Shown in pieces: positions 1 to 9,000 of a stretch of 64,000 nt of DNA. Each line of letters begins with the position of its first letter. Position 1 is the first letter of the stretch. Origin of the DNA: a virus; the IMG/VR virus record IMGVR_UViG_3300044633_000631, positions 1-64,000 of that record; one strand, given 5' to 3'. The notes below the pieces were generated by a model, which was not told the origin of the DNA, searched no databases, and worked only from the letters and a program-made list of their open reading frames with translations. A program made the position numbers and the translations under genes.

Positions 1-3000
1 TATCAATATTAAAGCTATCCTTCATACTACTAAAATCGGTCTCTTTGATTTTATCATATGCCCATATAAAGGGTGTTAAGGGGAGTTTAGCAATACTAAT
101 TAAGTTATTAATACTAAAGCTATCCTTCATACTACTAAAATCGGTCTCTTTGATTTTATCGTATGCCCATATAAAGGGTGTTAAAGGAAGTTTAGCAATA
201 CTAATTAAGTTATTAATACTAAAGCTATCCTTCATACTACTAAAATCGGTCTCTTTGATTTTATCGTATGCCCATATAAAGGGTGTTAAAGGAATTTTAG
301 CAACACCAATCAAATTATCGATAGTAAAAATACTACTGATTTTGCTAGATACAGTTTCCCAAGCTGACGCCAATGTGCCTTTAATACCACCTGCCGATGG
401 CTCCCAACCTTCAAAAATACCTCCGATATCAGTGCCTATTGATGTTACAAATTTAGTGAGAGTTCCTTTGATACCGCCAGCTTTAGCATCCCATCCATCA
501 AAAATTCCAGTTATACTATCACCCCAACCGGTTAAAGTGCCTTTTATGCCACCAGCTTTAGCATCCCATCCATCAAATATTCCATTAAAAGATTTTGTAA
601 AACTATCTGTTAATCCTGATAACGGACTTGAACCTCCGCCACTACCCGATATCGTTGCTAATTTATCCCAAAGACTTGACCCTTTAGCTGCTGAATCAGA
701 TAAATCAGTTGCTGACTTATTTAATTTAAATGCAGAAGTATCTAGAATTTCGGTATCAATAGTTACATTGGTTTGAGTAGGTTTTTCTAAGACAGGGATA
801 TTAGAGAATAAAGGACTTCTTGTTTCTGCATTAGCAATCTTATTTACCATACCACCTAATGCAAACTTAGGAAGTTTATCATTATTAATAGCATTAATCA
901 AATTACCATATTTAGCAGTTGATTTAGCATTTATAACAAATTCACCATTGGATAATTTAGCCATTATCGAATCAGATGTACCAGTTCCCGGGCCTACTAT
1001 CGGACCGCCCTCTGCAAAGCCAAAGAAATTACCAACATCATTTTTAAAGAAACTGCCGACACTCTTAGAGAAATTACTAGTTGCAGCAGAAGCAGTAGTA
1101 ACTCCTGGAATAGAATTAATACCCTTATCAAACATCTTAAAGATGCCTTCACCAAGGCCTGATGCCATGTTTTCAACAGCACCGCCTTTACCAAAGCCTA
1201 ATGAATTAGTTACACCAGTAGAAAAAGAGTTAATAGTAGAGTCGATTAAATTTTGTTTGAGTTTAGAAGCAAAGGTTTGGAATGCATTTTGTCCACTATC
1301 TTTTTCGCCACGTAACAACCCTTTAAATGCGTCTGTAAAGCCAGTAGTTAATGTGCTAGAAAAGGCCTTTCCAGCGTCTCTTGCTGCTCTAATACTAGCC
1401 GCTGCAACTTCTGACTTGTCCCCCATATCCTTGATATCATCGCCAAGACTAAGAATTTTACCTGCTGTATCAACAGTTGATTTACCTGCTTTTGCGTCAA
1501 CAGCCATTTGATATTCTAAATCAGCTTGTTGATGGACTAATATGCCTGTTTTAACCTTATCTTCTTCTGTCATAAGATCAATATTTTCAGCGCTTAATCC
1601 GCTATATTCTCTAAGGAATGCTGTAATATTTCCTGTAGAAGCTTTACGGAATGCATCCATTTCTTTTAAGGTAGTAGGCATTGTGTTTGCAGCCAGACCT
1701 TTATTAGTACCTTCGACACCTGCAGATGCATTTAGTCTATCTTGGAGAAACTGCTCAGTAGGTTTACCAGCTTTAATTGCAGCATCTATATCAGCTTTTA
1801 ATTGATTAATTTTACCGGCAACAGTTAATGCATAATTCTTAAGCTCAGTATTCATACCTAAGAATGCGTCTTCAGTAAAGCCAGCTTCAGTTATTAAAGT
1901 CTTTTGTGTTTCACGACCTAATGCGCCACCTGCTTTAACTAAATCAGCATTAGCAGTGTTTAATGTTTCTTGATTATTAGCCGCTATCTTATATGTTTCA
2001 ATCCATAATTGAAACGCAGAAGCCATTTCATCTTTTACTGTATTAGCTTTTAATGCAACAGTATTTAATGTTCCATCAACTTTAGTTACTGGGGCAGATG
2101 TATCAGCAACAGGAGCGCCCTTAAGATACCCATACACATCCCTAAATCTGGAAATTTGATTTTGGGTCTCTGTATTATTATAGCTATTGCCAAAGCCTAC
2201 ATTATAACCGCCTGCAGTCATTGCAAGATCTTCGTTATTTCTTTTCAATCCTGACTTATAGTATTTAGCACCTGCAAATATATTTTCACGAGCATCTGTA
2301 TAGTCATTAAGCTTATGCCATCTAGGCACTAATTGCATAACACCAATAGCACCTTTATCACTTACAGCATCTTTCTTTAATCTGCTTTCAACAATTCCTA
2401 ATGCTTTTAAAGCTATCCAATCAACATTGTATTTAGTTGCCGCTTCTTTGAAGATTGCATCATATGTTGAATTATTTAGTTCTTTGGCACTGAATCCTTC
2501 TGGGACTGCCATGCTTGACGCTTTTGGCATCGGTGCCAGCTCTGACTGCGGAATAGCTGTTTGTGGGGACTCTGCGGTACCGCCTGTGGCCGGCTTTCCT
2601 GCAATTAGGTCAGTGACAGCCCCACGAAATTCTGAGGCACCTGACTTGATATCTGCGCCAGCTGTGAGAAGCATTTCAGAGAAACTTTGAGGTGGTGTCA
2701 ATTTGCCAGCAATGTTTAAATTAGCAAACTCTTTACCAAATCGCGATTCCATTCCAGATAGGATATCCTTAATCGGCATACCACCTTTAAGTTTATCTGT
2801 TGCAAAATTATACATTTCACCTGACATAGAGTCCATCTTTTGCAATGCTTCAGCAAAATAAATTGTATCTGCACGATTCTTAAGCTCTACCTTTTGTGTA
2901 GTTGGTAATGCAGCATATTGAGATGCATTGATATTTAAATCAGGTAATCCCGATTTGATTTTCTCAAATGAAGAAGTAAACCCGTCTGTTATAGTCTCCT

Positions 3001-6000
3001 TAAGGCGCGTCTTCATATCTACGAAGAAACCTAAGAATGACGTATGAGATTTTAGATTTTCAAAGCTAGTTGCAAGTGCTTCAGTTGAAGAAGTCATATC
3101 AGACTCTTTCATAGCTTCTTCTAATGCAGTTTTATATTGTGTAGCAGTACCTGATAATTGTGCCCATAATTTAGAGGGCAACCCTGCCATCAACGCTGTA
3201 GACATATTAGAGCCAAAAACTTCATTTACTGTAGAAGTTTTCGAAGTAAGATCTGCAAAACCTGCTTTGATCTCTTCTCTGCGTTTCTCAGCTTTAGCTA
3301 ATTCTATGCTAAGTGTTTTAATTTTACCAGTATCATTACCTGCTAGTTTAATATCAGAGTTTAGATTAAAGATTTGCTTATCAACACTATCAATTTCTTT
3401 CAACAAGTCTACACTGACTGCCCTAAACTTACGAGGAGCATCTAGCCCAAATTCTGGGAATTGAATCTCTCTGTGCGCTATCGCAGCTTCTGCTCGAGCT
3501 AATTCATCTTCATAATTATTTATTAATCCTTGTGGATCTCCACCTGCAATTTTATATTTACCATCTCTAAGATCTTGAATAGCATTCTTAAGTCTAGCAA
3601 TGTTAGTAGCCGCCTTATCAGCGTCGGCTCTTCCAAAATCTTTAAACACTTGTTGATAGTTAATGCCTGATGTTTCAATATCTTTTAAACCTTGCAAAGC
3701 TTTGGCAAATGGATCAGTATCTTGAAATCTTTTAGTATCGGCAGCAAGTTGAACCATCCATAAATCTATATTCTCTAAATCGTATTTTCGCTCTTCAAGA
3801 CGTTTATTATAATTATCAGCTGCCGTTGCATTTTCTCTTTCAACCTTAATCCATTCAGCAGTATCTTTTAAAAATGGATTAGGTTTATCTTCAGGTTTGG
3901 TTAAAGTAGCTTCTATATTTGCCCTAGCTGCTACTACTTTTAATGCAAACCTATTCAACGATTCTGCAGTAACCTTATCATCAATAGGGATAATAAGAGG
4001 CTCTTTAAGTGCAGGTGGTAAAAATGAACTCAAATCTCTTGTAGTAGCCTTAGGTAAAAGAGAAAATTTATTAGGCGCCCCTAACATATTTAATGCAGGG
4101 ATATCATATATTGAAGGCGTTTTGATAAATGCAGGGTTTACAGATTTAAATGGAACTTGCTCAGGAGCATTTACTTCTTTTATATTTAAATCACGAGGAG
4201 GACTTTGGACACCTCTTTGCACATTAGTCCTTAAATCATTACCCACAAGCGCACGACTAATTCTTTCAGGTGATGTAGTCATCATCTGCCCGTAAGTAGC
4301 CTGCTTGATATCAAGAGTTGCTTTTTCATTTACAAAACGTAATGCTTCTACACCTCTAATTCCAAGCTTCTCTATATTTTTGGCTAAAGCTACTGGACCA
4401 ATTGTTGCAGTATCAGCTGCCATTTCTTGTGCAAGTTTAGCTTCTCTTTCAACAGCTCTTAATGTAGATAAAGTTGCGTTTCGATCTTTAGTACTGAACG
4501 TATGATCGAGATGGTCTTTTAATCTTTTAGCTTCTAACCCTAATTGTTGCAATCTTGAAATTGCAGCATTATTTTCAGATTCAGGTAATATATCATTAGC
4601 GGTTATACTTACATTAGCATCTTTTAAATTACCTACTAATGAACTTACAAGATTAGTGTATATTTGTTCATCTGCAAGCGCTTTTGCAATTTCTTTTGCA
4701 CGTGATACGAATTTGCCTAAGGCATCTACTGATTTTTCAAAATAAGAGATATCAACTTTTAAATCTGGACTGCCTAAAAGATTCTGCATAGACATAGAAC
4801 TCAGATCTTCATTTATCTTTGTTGTATATTTATATACATCATTACTTGCAACTGCAAGACTCATTTTGAAATTTTCATCAAGACCGGGCAATTCACCTAA
4901 TTTAACAGCTTCATCCGCCATTGCCTTAAGTTCAAAAATACGTGCTTTTACTGCATCTTGCTCAGGTGTCAAGTACGCAGTACTCATAGTCATTTCACGT
5001 GCAGAAATTGTTCCGCTTGCTTTTGAACCTTTCCGCGTAGGTAGAGATAATGAGTCTGCGCCACCAAACACTTCATCAAGACGAGTTGACCGCTCCACTG
5101 TAAAATTCTTAAAAAGATCTACAGTTTTCTGCATATTGAACCTAGATGCTCGCATTGCTTCTGCAGCTTTCTTATTTAATACTTCAGCTGCTTTCTCTGC
5201 ATCTTTTTGTAAAGCTGATTTATCACCAGAACCGCCTTTATCCTCAGCATTCTTTAAAGCTTCCATAGAAGATTTAAATGTTTCTTGAGCCTTGGTGTAT
5301 CTCTCAAATATCTGAGGATCTTCAATATTAGACTCATCAATTAGCCTTGCATCATACTTAAGAGAAATTCCATATTGAGTAGCAGTGTCAGCTTCACTTT
5401 TTAGTAATCCAGTCTTTTTATCTTTTGCTGCTGAATGGATCCCAAGTATCTTTTTAACTTTTTCGTATATATCATCCAAGGCTCCCATTAATGTGCCGTT
5501 ACTACCCATTAAATACATTGCAAGAATGCCGCCTGTAAGCGCAAATATATTAAAGCCTAAAAATAATCTTGGAATAAATTTTGCAATAGTGATAAAGAAT
5601 GAAGTAATTTTAGGGATAACCATTGAACTGAACATCATGGCTAATCCAGCGCCAATACCTGCACCTGTTTCTCCACCAATCTTATTTCCTACATAAGCAC
5701 CTGCCGCCCCTGCTGCAACGAGAGTGGTAGCGGTTGCTCCAGCACCTGCAATACCTTTAGTTAATGCGCCCTTAGCACCTAGCAATGCTCTATTAGGATT
5801 TGCCATATAATATTGCATGTAGCTTGCTTGGTTCATTGGCAATCCGCCATAACTTCCCATGCGGTTAAAATCTTTGCGTCTATCTGCTGGAGTCATTCCT
5901 GCATATTGCGCTTCAAGATCTTTTTGCAATAATTGCTTCTTTATGGCAGCATTACTAGTATATAAACTTCTATCAACATTAGCAGGAGTCAATCCTTGTG

Positions 6001-9000
6001 AAATCTTTGTATCTAATACGTTATTAGCAAGTTCTTTTGCTGCATTAAATCTACTACGTTGTACACCAACAACACCTGCTGCAATTGCTGGAATTAATCC
6101 ACCAAAGAGTGTAGCTGCTACGTCCACGTGAGAACCACCCAGTTCGAAAGAACCCATAAAGGCTTTTCTTCCGCGTTCACCGGCCTTCTTAAACTCGTCA
6201 GTACTTTCTAAGAATGGTATACGAAATAAAACTGCAGCGCCAACACTGACTATGGCTGCCCGCCAAGTAGATATAAATTTCAGAGTATTAACCATCAGGG
6301 CTAAAGCTTTGGTCATCAATGTTATTCTATTTGTTAGACCAGTAAGGCCTCCCATTGCGCCTGCTACTTCTGCTAACCATAGGGATACAAACTTACCCCC
6401 CATTGTTTCTCTTAAAATAGCTGTTGCACGTGCCATTGCATATAATTCAGCTGTATATAGTTTAAGTCTTGGAACAAATTTGTCTGGACTAGTTCTGGCA
6501 AGTATTTCACCTTTTTCTTTTACAGTATCAAATACTTTTGTTAAATTAGGAAACTTTTGGAATCCTTGCTGCAATACAGTTCCTGCTCCGCTTGTAATAG
6601 GCGCTGAGCTTTCTTGTAAGAATCTAGCAAACCCTCTAACTGCTGTTTGGCCTTTAGTTTCTGGACCTTTACTTGGATTAGGCTCAAAAGCGCTTCTGAA
6701 CCTATCAAAACGAGATGTTCGTTCTTCTTTATAAGTTCTTTTTCTATTTCTAAGATCTGCAGCAACTGCTTCTGCCATAGTTCTATCGGACATGCCTTGT
6801 TTTAATTCAGAGCTATATTTACTGATATTAGCGCCTAAGTTCTTGACTATACTACTACCGCCGATCTTACTTGCTAGCTTATCTAGAATAGGAGATGCTT
6901 GACGCATCGTATCCCACAACGCACTTACATAGAGACCTGTATAAGACTTCATGTTTAAGCCAACAGACTTTAATCCTGATGTAGCTGCAATACCTTGAAA
7001 TGCAAGTAATTGATTACCTAAAGCTGCTAATGCTGCTCTAAATAATGTAATAGGGCTTAATGCTAATTGCAAATTAATCAGAGGTTTATATAGAGCTGTT
7101 AACGCCCCAGCTAGTAGTGCAATACCGCCAATAGCTACTTGGCTAGGTGTGAGACTGTCCCACATGCCTTTTAAACTTGTTGGTAAGATATCTGAAATAT
7201 TTTGAATAAGATTTTTAAGACCATTAGTAATAGATAGTGATAATCTGTCATATCCGTATCCTACTTCATCTGCAATCTTTTGTAATACAGTATGGCCTGT
7301 ACCACGACCTGTCATTTCTCTGAAACTAGGAACAGGAATTCTATGATACGGTTTTACAGTTTCAGCACGAGGTTTGTTTATTAAGTCTGTAGGTGGCCCT
7401 TGTGGAGCTTCTTGAATACCTCTGTAAAATGTCTCACCATTCAATGAAGGTGTCATTGTATCAGCGCTTGACATATTAGAAAATGTTAATGCACCAAGTG
7501 CTGCTACAGCTAACATAATCCATTTTACAATAGGATGCCCAAACGCGGATGCAAGAAGTGGTGATACCGCTGCAAATCTTGTTGTTGCATAGTTATAGGC
7601 ACTTTCAATAGAATTATAAAAAGCTCCTAATGAAGTTGCGGGTATTCCTGTTGGTCCAAAAAGTAATCTAGAAAAGAATGTTCCCGTACCAGTGCCAGTA
7701 AATGCAGAAGCAAAACGTTCTCTCATACCTGCAAATAAATTAGCAAGTATAGAAGGATCTCTTACCATGCTGCCTAGCATTCCAAACATTCTTACAAGAT
7801 TGCCTCTTATAGTACCCTCTGGAAATAGCATAGATAATTCGCGCATTACCGGATATATAATTTTAGATCTAATTGCATCAATACCGCTTGGCCCCATTAA
7901 CGCTAATGCAATTAAACCGCCTTGCATATATGCATGCCCTAAAGGACTATCATAGAATACTTGATCAAACATCCCTAATTGATCAGCAACCAATGCGACC
8001 ATTGCACTAGAACTTACTACATTGCCTGAACTAAAGAATGAGGATGACGCACGACTCATTGCAGTTTGTGGTCTAGACTGGTATCCAACTCCAGGAGGTA
8101 ATGGTGGCCCCATTCCTACGTGTGCAGGGTTAGTCATTAAACGTGTCATATTGTGGCCAGCAACAGCAGTATTTGCCATTGTTCCACCAAAGAATGAACC
8201 AATAGAGCCTGTTACTTTGAATATTCTAGAAATTTGCTTTTCAAATATTCCTAATGTAGATAACATTTTAAGAGCGGGTCCGCCAAATAGTAATGCACCA
8301 ATCAAGCCACCAGCTGTACTAAACTGAAATAGATCCAGTATCCCATATACCATGCTCGCAACAGTACCTACAATTGGGATACTCTTCAAGAAGCCTTCAA
8401 CAGCACCGCCAATGAATCCTAACAGATTAGATATAATTGCAGGCAAGTCCGCTAATATTCCTAATAAAACTGTTCCAGCTACTTTGCCTGCCACTTTGCC
8501 AGCTTCTACAGAGAAGCTAACACCAAATCTTACATCAGCAAATACGTTAGCAAATGCTAGCCCTGCAGCAATAGCGGCTCTTAAGAATAAGCCACCAAGC
8601 ATAGAAGTAATTCTATTTTCTGGCAGTAATAGCGATACAAAAGCTAATCCAAAAACATTAGCAAAAGCTGTTAATGAATGTTTTAATTCTTCTGGCAACC
8701 CATCAAATAAGTTTTTAGCAAAGTCTTTAGCTATTTCAATAGATTTTCTAAAATTGCCTGTTGAGATGCTGATTACAAAATCACTACGTAAGGTATCTGC
8801 GACTATGCTTCTAATTTTTCTAAAGCTACTTACAACACCGTCACCAATACTTGACAATACATTTGCAGCCATTGGTGAAATAGTTTTAACAGCTTCCAAC
8901 ATTTTCTGGAGATTGCTAGAAATATCTACTGTAGAAATTCTTTTAAATATGCTTATAACAACTTCATAAATTGCTTGGAATACACGAATAGTATTTCCTG

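Noticed and set aside
11-303. Tandem repeat as a possible CRISPR array
   Set aside because: The 105-bp units are contiguous with no unique spacers, keep the reading frame, and no cas genes are present.
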